Shown here one piece after another: positions 10,377 through 20,953 of a DNA stretch of 64,000 nt. The notes under the pieces are model-generated. The model had not been told where the DNA came from. It saw nothing but the letters and a program-made list of their open reading frames with translations, and ran no database searches. Position numbers and translations under genes: made by a program. Numbering within the stretch: the stretch's first letter is position 1; every line of letters begins with the position of its first letter. Source of the DNA: an uncultured Candidatus Rokubacteria bacterium (GTDB lineage Bacteria > Methylomirabilota > Methylomirabilia > Rokubacteriales > DASRDR01); NCBI GenBank assembly GCA_963708025.1, contig CAVPSB010000024.1:34874-98873 (forward strand). Direction: 5' to 3'.

Positions 10377-12119
10377 TTAGCGCTTGGTCCAGCGCTTGAC
10401 GAGCTCATCGTAGTCGATCGTGACTCCCTTCGGCTTCTCGTTGGCGAGCTTGGCCTTCGGACCGTTCGGCTTGCCGAGCCACTCGCTCGGATCCTTCTCG
10501 GGATTGAGCCGCGGGCCGCAGCCGCCGTAGACTTTGTCCTTCTTGTCGGCGTCCTCCATGCGCGCCATCACCTGGTCCATCTCCTTGGCAAGCCGGTCCA
10601 TCGCTTGCTGCGGCGTGAAGGCGCCCGAGTTCACGTCACCGATGTTCTGCCACCAGAGCTGCGCAAGCTTCGGGTAGTCCGGCACGTTGACGCCCGTCGG
10701 TGTCCACCTCACCCGGTCGGGCGATCGATAGAACTCGACCAGCCCTCCGAGCTTGGGCGCACGGTCGGTGAAGGATTTGTGGTTGATATCCGAATCGCGA
10801 ATGATGGTCAGACCCACGTGACTCTTCTTCAGCGAGACCGTCTTCGAGATGACGAACTGGCCGTACAGCCAGGCGGCCTTGCGGCGAGCGACCGGCGTCG
10901 ACTTGAACAGCGTCCACGATCCGGCGTCCTGGTAGCCGAGCTTCATGCCCTCTTCCCAGTACGGCCCGTGCGGAGACGGCGCCATGCGCCACAGCGGATT
11001 GCCCTTGTCGTCGACGGTGTTGTTGCCGGCGCTCTTCGGCGCGACCATGGACGCGGTGAACGCAGTGTACCAGAAGATCTGCTGCGCCACGTTACCCTGG
11101 GCCAGCGCCGGCAGCGACTGATAGAAGTCGTAGTCGGCGGCTCCGGGCGGCGCGTACTTCCGCAGCCATTCGTCCCACTTGCGGACCGCGTAGACCGCAG
11201 CGGGACCATTCGTCTCGCCGCCGCGCGACACGGACGCGCCGGACGGGTTGCACGAGCCCGGCTCCATCCGGATGCCCCACTCGTCGATCGGCCGGCCGTT
11301 CGGCAGACCCTTCGAGCTCGCGCCCGCCATCGACAGCCAGGCATCCGTCATCCGCCAGCCAAGGTCGGGCGCGCGCTTGCCATAGTCCATGTGGCCGTAG
11401 ATGCGGACGCCGTCGATCATCTTCACATGCACGGAGAAGAACTCGGCGATGTCCTCGTATGCGGACCAGTCGACCGGGACCCCCAGCTCGTAGCCGTAGA
11501 TCTCCTTGAACTTCTGTCTCAGCTCCGGCCGCTTGAACCAGTCGTAACGGAACCAGTACAGGTTGGCGAACTGCTGGTCCGGCAGTTGCCAGAGCTTGCC
11601 ATCCGGCCCGGTGGTGAACGATTTGCCGATGAAGTCGTTGACGTCCAGCGTCGGCAGCGTGACGTCCTTGCCTTCCCCCGCCATCCAGTCGGTCAGATTG
11701 ACCGCCGACTGCAGACGCGAGTGCGTCCCGATCAGATCCGAGTCGTTGATGTAGGCGTCGTAGAGATTCCGGTTGGTCTGCATCTGCGTCTGCACGGCCT
11801 GCACGACTTCACCTTCGCCGAGCAGCTGGTGGTTCACCTTGATCCCGGTGATCTCCTGGAATGCCTTGGTCAGCACCTTGGATTCGTACTCGTGCGTCGG
11901 GATCGTCTCCGACAGGACGTTGATTTCCATGCCCTTGAAAGGCTTCGCGGCATTGATGAACCACTCCAGCTCCTTCAGCTGCTGCTCCTTCGTCAGCGTG
12001 GAGGGCTGGAACTCCTTGTCGACCCACTTCTTTGCCTCGTCCATGCCCGCATGGGCGGGGACGAAGGCCGCCGCGACGGCGAGGGCTAGCGTCGCCCCCA
12101 ACTTTCGGTACGTCGTCAT
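10377..12119 (-). CDS. glpV: Glycerol ABC transporter substrate-binding protein
   Basis: 580 aa with signal peptide and EFQPSTL...SETIPTHEYE motifs. Confidence 0.9.
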   Translation of the reverse strand: MTTYRKLGATLALAVAAAFVPAHAGMDEAKKWVDKEFQPSTLTKEQQLKELEWFINAAKPFKGMEINVLSETIPTHEYESKVLTKAFQEITGIKVNHQLLGEGEVVQAVQTQMQTNRNLYDAYINDSDLIGTHSRLQSAVNLTDWMAGEGKDVTLPTLDVNDFIGKSFTTGPDGKLWQLPDQQFANLYWFRYDWFKRPELRQKFKEIYGYELGVPVDWSAYEDIAEFFSVHVKMIDGVRIYGHMDYGKRAPDLGWRMTDAWLSMAGASSKGLPNGRPIDEWGIRMEPGSCNPSGASVSRGGETNGPAAVYAVRKWDEWLRKYAPPGAADYDFYQSLPALAQGNVAQQIFWYTAFTASMVAPKSAGNNTVDDKGNPLWRMAPSPHGPYWEEGMKLGYQDAGSWTLFKSTPVARRKAAWLYGQFVISKTVSLKKSHVGLTIIRDSDINHKSFTDRAPKLGGLVEFYRSPDRVRWTPTGVNVPDYPKLAQLWWQNIGDVNSGAFTPQQAMDRLAKEMDQVMARMEDADKKDKVYGGCGPRLNPEKDPSEWLGKPNGPKAKLANEKPKGVTIDYDELVKRWTKR

Positions 12120-12185
12120 GTTCGCTCCTCTCCTTTGAGGTGGAACGGCCGTGGAACCGCTGGCCCCGGGGGAACTGCCGGCCCA

Positions 12186-12264
12186 ATCCTATGAGCGAAA
12201 CAAAACGAATGTCAATAGACAGAAAACCCTTGCCTTGTGACCCCAAGAACGAAATAATACGAAA
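12186..12264. promoter_or_regulatory. glpV promoter and candidate GlpR operators
   Basis: Minus-strand TTGACA(12215-12210)-18 bp-TAGGAT; CGAA(A) direct-repeat pairs at 12196-12210 and 12248-12264. Confidence 0.6.
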
Positions 12265-12292
12265 CCGGATCGCCAAACCAGGGACAGGACCA

Positions 12293-13087
12293 ATGCCGCT
12301 TCTCACGCCGCGCCAGACCGACATCATCGCGTTGGCCCGCGACTCCGGCCGTCTCGACGTCGACTCGCTGGCGACCCACTTCGGCGTCACCCCGCAAACG
12401 ATCCGCAAGGACCTGAACCAGCTGTGCGACCAGGGACTGCTGCAGCGCTATCACGGCGGGGCCATGCTGCCCTCGGGCGTCGCCAACCTGGCCTACGGGG
12501 CACGTCGTCAGCTCGCGACGGACGCGAAGCGCCGAATCGGTCTCAAGACGGCCCAGCTGATTCCGAACGACTGCTCGTTGCTGATCAACATCGGCACGAC
12601 CACCGAGCAGGTCGCCACTGCCCTGCGCTCGCACGCGGGGCTGATGGTGATCACCAACAACATCAACGTGGTGAACATCCTCCAGGGCTACACGGGCGTC
12701 GAGGTGATCGTCGCGAGCGGAGTGCTGCGCCACTCCGACGGCGGTATCGTGGGCGAGGCCGCGGTCGACTTCATCAGCCAGTTCAAGGTCGACTACGCGA
12801 TCATCGGCACGTCGGCGATCGATGAGGACGGCACGCTTCTCGACTACGACTACCGCGAAGTGAAGGTGTCGCGGAAGATCGTCGAGAACAGCCGCCGCGT
12901 GATCCTCGTCGCCGACAGCCTGAAGTACGGGCGGTCGGCGCCGGTGCGCATCGGTCACATCTCCGAGATGAGCCACTTCGTCACGGACGCCGCGCCGCCC
13001 GCGCGCCTGCGCCGGATCTGCGAGGACCACGGTGTGGTGCTGGACGTCGCGGCCGACGGCAGCAACAAGGGGCAGGCGAGAGCGTAG
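12293..13087 (+). CDS. glpR: DeoR/GlpR transcriptional repressor
   Basis: FGVTPQTIRKDL HTH and NIGTTTEQVA; divergent from glpV. Confidence 0.9.
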   Translation: MPLLTPRQTDIIALARDSGRLDVDSLATHFGVTPQTIRKDLNQLCDQGLLQRYHGGAMLPSGVANLAYGARRQLATDAKRRIGLKTAQLIPNDCSLLINIGTTTEQVATALRSHAGLMVITNNINVVNILQGYTGVEVIVASGVLRHSDGGIVGEAAVDFISQFKVDYAIIGTSAIDEDGTLLDYDYREVKVSRKIVENSRRVILVADSLKYGRSAPVRIGHISEMSHFVTDAAPPARLRRICEDHGVVLDVAADGSNKGQARA

Positions 13088-13106
13088 GCCCTACGGGGCG
13101 GCCGCC

Positions 13107-15140
13107 CTACTTCTTGCTGGTGTCGGGAACGGGCGCGCCCTGAGCCGCCGGTGGCCCCGACGACGCGCTGCGGACGGGGCCCGGTCCCGTGCTCGTCACG
13201 GTCTCCCGGGCGATCGCGCGCACCTTGCGGTCGTTGCCCCGCCACCACCAGAGCCGCCGCCGAGCGATCGCGTCCAGGATCTCCCGGGCTTCGGGCCGAC
13301 CGGTGGCGGCCAGCGAGGCGATCAGCTCGCGCTTGACGAGGATGTCGGCGACCGTCCGGGTCGGGCTGGCGAGGAAGTCGCGGATGGGCGCGACGCTCCC
13401 GGCCTCGACCAGGGCCTGGATGGCCTTGAGCGCCGCCCGCCGCACCTCGATCTCCCCGTCGGCCAGGCACTCCAGGAGCCAGCGGATCGCGCGCCGGCCG
13501 CCGAGGACGCCCATCACGCGCGCCACCTCCCGGCGGACCATGGGGTGAGGATGGGCCATGACCTTGACCACGGCGTCGAGCGTCGCCGCGCTGCCCACCT
13601 GCCCCAGCAGCGTGACCATGCTCCGGACGACGGTCCAGCGCTTGTCGGCCAGGCGGGCCCGGATCGCGGCTTCCGCATCCGGACCCATGGTCTCCAGCAC
13701 CGCCACCAGCCGGATCCGTGCGGGCCCTTCGGGCTCGTCACCGAGGATGTCGATGAACTCCTCGACGCCCTCCCGGGCCAGCGCCTTGAGGTAGGCCGCG
13801 GCATCGCGGACATGATCGGTGCGGTCCTCCCGGCGCAGCAGGTCGGCGAGCCGCGTGATGTGGGCCCGTCCGGCCAGCCGGCGGCGCAGGAGCTGGTAGC
13901 GGCGCTGATGCTCGGCGTGCCACTCCGGCCGCAGCCGCTCGGGCTCGGCGAACCACCGCACGATGCCCAGCGCGATCGGGAGCTGGCCCTGCCCGAGCGC
14001 GTCGTTGCCCGCCTCCTCCAGGACTTCCCCGAGAAGGACCGGATAGCCCTCGGACTCCGTCTCGCCGACCAGGTGATAGAGGACGGTGACGCTGTGCTCG
14101 AGCACGCGCTCCGGCGCGCAGCCGGCCCGGACGGCCTCGCGAACCGGCGCCAGGAGCGGGTCGTCTTCCGCGATGATGGGCTCCAGGGGCGTCGCCGCGA
14201 CCTGCTTCTCGGTGATGGCGTCCTCGAGGCTCTCGCTGATCCGGGTCTTGATCCACTCCTCCATGGGCGAGGCCTCGATGTCCACCCGGAGCTGCTGGAG
14301 CACCTCGACCGGGATCAGCCCGGCCAGCTCCGCGAAGTCGTCCCCCGAGAACCGCCCGAGCAGCTTGACGATGTTGGAATCGCTCCGCACGGCCGGCATG
14401 AGCCAGACGGCGAGCGCCTCCGTCCGGAGCGGCTCGTTGAGCGCCATCATCGACTCGGTCAGGGTGCGATAGCGGAGCTCGCGATCCGGCTCGACCTCGA
14501 ACAGCGGGATGAGCATCTGGATCCCCCGGGCGACGATCAGGGCGGGCTCGTCACCCCGGGCCAGCTCGCTCAGCCAGGCCGAGAGTCGCACGCGGTCGTA
14601 GGTGATCTCGCGAAAGGCCGCCTCCACCCCCTCCAGGATCTCCAGCACGGCGGCCTCGAGCAGATCCGGTCCGACGGCGGCGGTCGCCACCCCCTCCGCC
14701 TGGTGGTAGCGGGAGAGGGAGCCGCCGAGCGCGATGTGGCCTTTCGTCTGGAGGTCCGGGGGTCGGGCCTCGTCGCTGGCCTCGGCGCTCCGGGGGCCGG
14801 CGTTGAGGAACTCGAGGAGCTCCCGCAGCTCGCCGGCCTCGACACCGGCGGCGATGGAGATCTCGGTGATCTTCCGGGTCGCCAGCTCGAAGCGGAAAGC
14901 CTCCAGTGCCCGGTCGCGCGTCGGCAGCTGCCCGCCGTCCCACTCGAATCCGCCCTGGGTCACCTGGAGGCGCAGGAGGGCTCGATCGCGCAACAGGCTC
15001 TCGGCGGCGCGGTGCAGGCGCTGGACCCACTCGACGGCCAGGGGGTTCGCTGCCGGATAGAGCCTCAGGGCCTTGCGGGCCCCGAGCAGCTCCTTCAGGA
15101 ACCCCTCGATGACCTCGGGCGGCGCCGGTTCGAGCTTCAT
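13107..15140 (-). CDS. HEAT-repeat protein
   Basis: C-terminal HEAT repeats (LADKRWTVVR, HPHPMVRREVA, DGEIEVRRAAL). Confidence 0.8.
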   Translation of the reverse strand: MKLEPAPPEVIEGFLKELLGARKALRLYPAANPLAVEWVQRLHRAAESLLRDRALLRLQVTQGGFEWDGGQLPTRDRALEAFRFELATRKITEISIAAGVEAGELRELLEFLNAGPRSAEASDEARPPDLQTKGHIALGGSLSRYHQAEGVATAAVGPDLLEAAVLEILEGVEAAFREITYDRVRLSAWLSELARGDEPALIVARGIQMLIPLFEVEPDRELRYRTLTESMMALNEPLRTEALAVWLMPAVRSDSNIVKLLGRFSGDDFAELAGLIPVEVLQQLRVDIEASPMEEWIKTRISESLEDAITEKQVAATPLEPIIAEDDPLLAPVREAVRAGCAPERVLEHSVTVLYHLVGETESEGYPVLLGEVLEEAGNDALGQGQLPIALGIVRWFAEPERLRPEWHAEHQRRYQLLRRRLAGRAHITRLADLLRREDRTDHVRDAAAYLKALAREGVEEFIDILGDEPEGPARIRLVAVLETMGPDAEAAIRARLADKRWTVVRSMVTLLGQVGSAATLDAVVKVMAHPHPMVRREVARVMGVLGGRRAIRWLLECLADGEIEVRRAALKAIQALVEAGSVAPIRDFLASPTRTVADILVKRELIASLAATGRPEAREILDAIARRRLWWWRGNDRKVRAIARETVTSTGPGPVRSASSGPPAAQGAPVPDTSKK

Positions 15141-15246
15141 GTGCCTCTAAAATAGGCCTAGGCCGAGCGGCCGTCGAAGATTTCTTGGGCACGGGCTCCG
15201 GTCCCAGATGAGCCGGATATCCGCGGCGGCCCTCGCGGTCCGCGCC

Positions 15247-15553
15247 TCAGAAGGCGATCGCCAGGCCGATGCGGAGGACGATGTCGGGGCCGTCATGGGC
15301 CAGCCCTCCGGCCAGGGCGGCGTCGAGCGTGATCGCCCGGGTCAGCGCCCAGGCGACGCCCCCACGGATCAGCGCGGTGTCCCCGCCGCGCCCCGTGCTC
15401 ACGGTGCCGACGACCTCGCCCACCAGCCAGGGACGCCGTTCCCGGGTCCTGCGTCTCGGTGTCGTCGGTGTCGAGCGGCCGGGTTGCCCCGACCGGCTCC
15501 GCCGCCAGCGCCAGGACCAGCGCGATCGCCCCGGCGGCGAGGCGTCGGGTCAC
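15247..15553 (-). pseudogene. Internally deleted outer-membrane beta-barrel gene
   Basis: Signal peptide and RPLDTDDT N-terminus joined out of frame to amphipathic beta-strands ending in LRIGLAIAF-stop. Confidence 0.55.
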
Positions 15554-17021
15554 CGGCGCGCGAGCGCGGCCAGGAGCTTCTCGATGAACCCACCGAAGGC
15601 CCCGTTCGACATGACCAGGACGACGTCGCCGGGCGCAGCGTCGCCGGCCACTTCCACGACGAGCGCGTCCGCCTCCGCCGCGGCCGCCGCGTCGATCCCC
15701 CGAGCCCGGAGCGCCGTGGTCAGCCGGGACACGTCGAGCCGCTGGTCGGCCGGCACCTTGTCGTGGGGCTCGGGGACCTTCAGCCGGACGCGCGCCGCGC
15801 CGGCGAGCGCCTCGGCGTACTCCGCCTGGTGGATGTTGCGGCGGCTCGTGTTCGAGCGCGGCTCGAACACCGCCCAGAGCCGGCGGGCCGGGTAGCGGCG
15901 CGCGGATGGCGGCGATCGTCTCGCGGACGGCGGTCGGGTGGTGGGCGAAGTCGTCGATCACCAGGACGCCGCCGACCTCGGCCCGCACCTCCTGGCGCCG
16001 CTTGACGCCCTGGAACGTCGCCAAGCCCCGGCCGGATCTCGTCGAACGCGAGGCCCAGGCCCCGGACCGCCGCCACGACGCCGAGGGCGTTCTCGACGTT
16101 GTGGGCGCCGCCCAGCGGGAGCATGCGCCTCGCCCGAGCGTCGCGCCGGCCTCGACGACCTCGAAGCGCGCGCCGTCCGGGCCGAGCGCGAGGTCCGCGG
16201 GCGACGTACGTCGGCCGACCGTCCCGCCGTACGTCACCACGCGGGCCGCGGCCGGCCCGGGCGATCCGGACGGCGTTCGGGATAGGCGGCGCTGACGGCC
16301 AGGAGGCCGTCGGCGGGGAGCAGCCGGACGAACCGCTCGAAGGCCGACTCGTAGTGGGCGAGGTCCCGGTAGATGTCGGCGTGGTCGAACTCGACGCTGG
16401 TGAGGATCGCCGTCCGCGGCCGGTAGTGGAGGAACTTCGGCCCCTTGTCGAAGTACGCGGTGTCGTACTCGTCGCCCTCGACCACGAAGTGCGGCCCGCC
16501 GCCCAGCCGGTAGTTCGCGGCGTAGTTCCGGGTGACGCCGCCGACGAGGAACGACGGGTCGCGCCCGGCCGCCGACCAGCACGTGGCCCAGCAGCGCGGA
16601 GGTCGTGGTCTTCCCGTGGGTCCCGGCCACGACCACCGAGTGGCGGTCGCGGAGGAAGAAGCGCGCCGAGCGCGGCCGGGAAGCTCATCTGGGGCAGCCG
16701 GCGGGCGCGCACCTCGGTGGCCTCGGGGTTGACCCGGCGGATGACGTTGCCGATGACGACCAGGTCCGGCTTCGCCGCGTCGAGGTTGGCCGGGCGCGTA
16801 CGGCGTCAGCACCGGGATGCCCCACGCCGCCAGCATGTCGCTCATCGGCGGGTAGACGTTCTCGATCGCTGCCGGTGACCTCGTAGCCCGCGGCCTTCAG
16901 CATCCCCGCGAAGGAGCCCATCCCGATCCCGGCGACGCCGACGAGGTGGATCCGGTGGACGCTCGCCGGGTCGATGTCGGCGAGAACCCGGCCGTCGTCC
17001 GGCGGCCGCGTCAGGCGGCAC
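15550..17021 (-). CDS. mpl: Murein peptide ligase (several frameshifts)
   Basis: GVAGIGMG, GTHGKTTT, EGDEYDTAYFDK, DDFAHHPT, FEPRSNT, MSNGAFGG. Confidence 0.9.
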
Positions 17022-18175
17022 CGCCGAGCGCCTCCATCACGGCGTCGTGGAAGCGGGGACGGAACCCGCGGATCCGCGTGTTGGCCCGTCCGAGCGCGGT
17101 GCGGTTGGTGCACAGCGCCACGACGAGCCGCGCGGGCGAGGTCGATCCAGAGGCTCACCCCGGTGAAGCCGAGGTGGCCCACCGCGCCGGGCGGCGCCTG
17201 CCCGAGCCAGCGGCCCGCGGAGGCGTCCGCCGTCGGGTCGCCCGGCCGGTGCGTGTCGAAGCCGAGGGCCCGCGTGCTGCCAGGAGTCGCGGCGTCCCGC
17301 TCGAGCGCGCGCGCCCAGAGCCCGGGCGCCGCCAGCCGGGCCTGCCCGCCCACGTCGTCGAGCACCGCCTGGCCGAAGGCGGCGACGTCGCCGGCGGTGC
17401 CGAAGAGCCCGGCGTGCCCGGCCACACCATCCATCGCCCAGGCGTTGTCGTCGTCCACCTCGCCGGGGCGCGAGGGCCGCCGCTCGATGGAGGTCCACCG
17501 CCCTTCCTGGCCGGGGGCCGGCTCGCGGGGGCGGGTGAACCCGGTGGGCGCGATCGGACCGGCCGCAGCCGCCGAGGACGGCGCCGAGAGCCGGCGAAAG
17601 TGAGTGGTGAGCCCGAGCGGCGCCACCACCCGCTCGGTGACGACCGCGTCGAGCGGCGCCCCGGCGGCGACCGACAGGATCTCGCCCAGCACGACGAAGC
17701 CGACATCGCTGTACACGGGGCGCGTCCGGGGCGGCGCCTCCAGGGGCGTGGCGAGGGCTTCGGCCACCGCCGCCTGCCGGGCCCGCGCCCGGGTGTCGGC
17801 CGGGCAGTCGGCGTCGAAGAGCCGGGACGACCCCCGCATGACGGGCTCGAAGAACGGGACGAACGCCGGGAGCCCGGCGCGGTGGGCGAGCAGGTCGGCC
17901 AGGGTGACGCCGGCTCGGCCCAGCGCCGCGGTCGGCGCGAACCGGGCCACCGGCGTCTCCGGCTCGAGCTTCCCGTGGTGCCAGAGCGAGAGGAAGGCCG
18001 CGGTCGTGCCCATGACCTTCGTCAGGGAGGCGAGGTCGAAGACCGTGCCGGCCGTCGCTCCGCCGGCGCCGCCCTCGAAGACCCGCGCGCCCCGCGCGAG
18101 CACGACCGCCCGCGCGCACGGAAAGACCCCGGACGCCACCCCCTCGTCGAGCAGACCCTGGAGCCGCTCGCTCAC
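17011..18175 (-). CDS. Serine hydrolase, beta-lactamase-like family (frameshift near 3' end)
   Basis: FDLASLTK (SxxK), YSD, GHAGLFG, GHLGFTG. Confidence 0.9.
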
Positions 18176-19101
18176 GACACCGGAGAGGCGACCGCCGGCT
18201 CCAGCATCTCGAGCGTGCCGGCGCTGGCGTCGAGCCGCGCCCGGCAGCCGAGGGGGACCGGCGCGTTCACCGCGCCGTGGCCGATCGGCAGACCGCCGAC
18301 GCACGGCAGGCCGGTCTCCGCCACCAGCGCCGCCAGCACCTCCGCGCTGCCGTAGTCGGCGTCCGGCTCCTCGCAGCCGGTGAAGTCGCCGAGGGCGAGG
18401 CCGCGCACTCGCTCGAACACGCCGGCCAGCGCGAGATGGGTCCACATGCGGTCGAGGCGGTAGGGCCGCTCGCCCACGTCCTCGAGCAGCAGGATCGCCC
18501 CGTCGAGGGCCGGCAGGTAGCGCGTGCCGAGGAGGCGGGTGAGGACCGAGAGGTTGCCGCCGAGAAGCGGCCCCTCGGCCAGCCCGCCCGCCAGCGGCGT
18601 GCCCCGGAGCGGTGGCGCCGGCGCCCCCGGTGACTCGAGGAGGTGGACGAGCCGGTCCACGACGGCGGGAGGCTGGGTGCCGAGCTGGGTCACCACCGGG
18701 CCGTGGATGCTCACCCAGCCGGCGGCCTGGAGCGCCGCGTGGAGCGCGGTGATGTCCGAGAAGCCGACCACGAGCTTCGGGGGGAAGCCGGCGGCCTGGA
18801 GCTTCGGCCAGAGCCCGGCGAGGAGTCGCAGCGTGCCGTAGCCGCCGCGGGCGGCGACGATCGCCTTCACCGAGTCGTCGCTGAGCGCGGCGGTCAGCTC
18901 GTCGAGCCGCCGGGAGTCGTCGCCGGCCAGGTACCGCGTCCCGACGAAGCAGCCCTCGTCGAAGACCGGCCGGTACCGCTCGGACAGTACCCGGAGGCCA
19001 GCCTCGAAGCTCGGGCGATCGAACGGGCTGGCCGGCGCGATGACGGCGATCCGGTCTCCGGGCCGCAGCCCGGGCGGCCGCGTGAAGGGATCGGCGCCCA
19101 T
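18172..19101 (-). CDS. ldcA: LD-carboxypeptidase (peptidase S66)
   Basis: ARGGYG, GFSDIT, GGNLS, LEDVGE, IGHG. Confidence 0.9.
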   Translation of the reverse strand: MGADPFTRPPGLRPGDRIAVIAPASPFDRPSFEAGLRVLSERYRPVFDEGCFVGTRYLAGDDSRRLDELTAALSDDSVKAIVAARGGYGTLRLLAGLWPKLQAAGFPPKLVVGFSDITALHAALQAAGWVSIHGPVVTQLGTQPPAVVDRLVHLLESPGAPAPPLRGTPLAGGLAEGPLLGGNLSVLTRLLGTRYLPALDGAILLLEDVGERPYRLDRMWTHLALAGVFERVRGLALGDFTGCEEPDADYGSAEVLAALVAETGLPCVGGLPIGHGAVNAPVPLGCRARLDASAGTLEMLEPAVASPVS

Positions 19102-19188
19102 GCCGCTCACTCTAGCAGCCCGCGCGGTGGCGGCCAAGCTTCCCCGCGCCCGGCCGGCATATAATGGCGGCGAACCCGAGGAGGGGCC

Positions 19189-19683
19189 ATGAACAGCGAG
19201 ATTCTCGGCTCGATGTACGAGTACGGCGTGTGGGCGAACGAGCGGCTGCTCGCGCTGGCGGCGACGCTGACCGACGAGCAGCTCGGGCGGCGCTGGTCCC
19301 AGGGCTACGATTCGATCCACCAGACCTTCGTGCACCTCCTGGGCGCCGATCGCCGGTGGTTCGCCCGGTGGAAGGAGGAGACCCTGCCGCCCATGGCCAC
19401 CACGCAGGAGCTCCCGAGCCTCGCCGCCATCCGGGAGGCGTGGACGCCGCTGATCGCCGAGCGCCGGCGCTACATCGCCGGCCTCACGGAGGACGGCCTC
19501 CGGCAGGCCATCCACGGGCGGACCCTCGACGGCCAGCCCTACGAGCTGGCCCGCTGGCAGGGCATCCTCCAGTGCGCGAATCACGCTACCCAGCACCGGA
19601 GCGAGATCGCCGCGATGCTGACCGACGCCGGCCACTCCCCGGGCGACCTCGACTACGCGCTCTTCTGCCGCACGGCCCGGTAG
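19189..19683 (+). CDS. DinB/YfiT family protein
   Basis: SIHQTFVH and NHATQHRSEI metal-binding histidines. Confidence 0.85.
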   Translation: MNSEILGSMYEYGVWANERLLALAATLTDEQLGRRWSQGYDSIHQTFVHLLGADRRWFARWKEETLPPMATTQELPSLAAIREAWTPLIAERRRYIAGLTEDGLRQAIHGRTLDGQPYELARWQGILQCANHATQHRSEIAAMLTDAGHSPGDLDYALFCRTAR

Positions 19684-19725
19684 CCGTCGCGGGGCGCCGC
19701 GCCCCCCGGAGTGGACTGCCCGACC

Positions 19726-20193
19726 ATGAACGCGCGACCGCTGCTCGAGCGCCTCGCCCGGGCCCTTGCCACGCGGCGTCTGGACGTCGTGCTCGTCGGC
19801 AACGCGGCCGCCGCGCTCCAGGGCGCGCCGGTAACGACGCTCGATTTCGATTTCATGTTCCGCAAGACGAGCGGCAACCTGAGAAAGCTCCGGGCGGTGG
19901 CGCGGGACCTCGGGGCGATGCTGCTGACCCCGTACTACCCGGCGTCCGAGCTCTTCCGCCTCGTCAACGACGACCTGGGGCTCCAGGCGGACTTCATGCC
20001 GCGGCTCGACGGCGTGCGCTCGTTCGAGAGCCTGCGGGCCCGCGCCAGCACGGCGCGCCTGGGCGACGCGTCGCTGCTCGTCGCGGACCTGCGCGACGTG
20101 ATCCGGAGCAAGCGAGCGGCCGGCCGGGCGCGGGACCGCGCGGTTCTGCCGGTCCTGGAGGCGACCCTCCGTGAAAAAGGGACAGCCCGCTAG
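19726..20193 (+). CDS. Small nucleotidyltransferase-fold protein (DUF6036-like)
   Basis: LVGNAAAALQG...TLDFDF (G...DxD) and SKRAAGRARD. Confidence 0.75.
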   Translation: MNARPLLERLARALATRRLDVVLVGNAAAALQGAPVTTLDFDFMFRKTSGNLRKLRAVARDLGAMLLTPYYPASELFRLVNDDLGLQADFMPRLDGVRSFESLRARASTARLGDASLLVADLRDVIRSKRAAGRARDRAVLPVLEATLREKGTAR

Positions 20194-20338
20194 ACCATCG
20201 AAGAGGCCCCGCTCCGCGCTTCGGCGCGAGAGCGAGCGGGCCCTGCGCGAGCAGATCCGCCGGCTCCTCGCCCGGCCGATGCACGAGCGCACCCACTTCC
20301 TGCGGGTCCGGCTTCCCGGCGGAGGCTCGACGCTCTGA
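20171..20338 (+). CDS. 55-aa basic partner protein (not in the ORF track)
   Basis: GTG start overlapping the NTase 3' end: VKKGQPARPSKRPRSALRRESERALREQIRRLLARPMHERTHFLRVRLPGGGSTL. Confidence 0.55.
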   Translation: MKKGQPARPSKRPRSALRRESERALREQIRRLLARPMHERTHFLRVRLPGGGSTL

Positions 20339-20394
20339 GGATCGTCCACGCGACGTTTCCCGCACGGCCGTCACACGCGAGTACGTCACTTGCG

Positions 20395-20906
20395 TCACGC
20401 ACTCAGCTTTGCAGAAGCATCCCTCTCGTCTCGGCCGGCTTCGGCCGCCACGTCCCGACCGTGGCGGGAGCGGACGCTGTCAGGGACCTCGCCAGCGAGC
20501 GGAGGTCGCAGAGTCGGGCGCATTCTTCCACCAAGTGCCCTGTACCCGGCGTTCGCGAACCGCTCCGCCAAGCGGCATGACTCCAGGCAGTCGTAGAGCC
20601 GGGGATGGTATTGATGAAGCCATGCGTGCACGAACTCGTGAAGGTAGACCTGCGTCAGAGACGCCGGCGTGCAGTGAATGCAAGGCGAGATGGTGATGTG
20701 CCCATAGGTGTAGCGACCCGTCGTGACCACCTGTCCAGCCGGGACACGACGCTCGCGGCGGATGGTGATGCGCAACGTCTTAGCCGGGTACATGCCGAGG
20801 TCATCGGCCACCACCCCGGCAAGATGCCCCCGAGGGACATCGCCGCCGCGAGTTCCTCCCACAGTCGCCGGGGAACAGGCAAGGAGCTCGAATTCCTGAA
20901 GCGCAT
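20395..20906 (-). CDS. Hypothetical HExxH (zincin-like) protein, frameshifted
   Basis: YLHEFVHAWL; GGAGG-preceded ATG at 20906 is in another frame; lower-GC codons. Confidence 0.5.
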
Positions 20907-20953
20907 CGGACCTCCCCGCGTCCCTTGGTGGCGCGGGCTGTGGGTGGCCCCCG

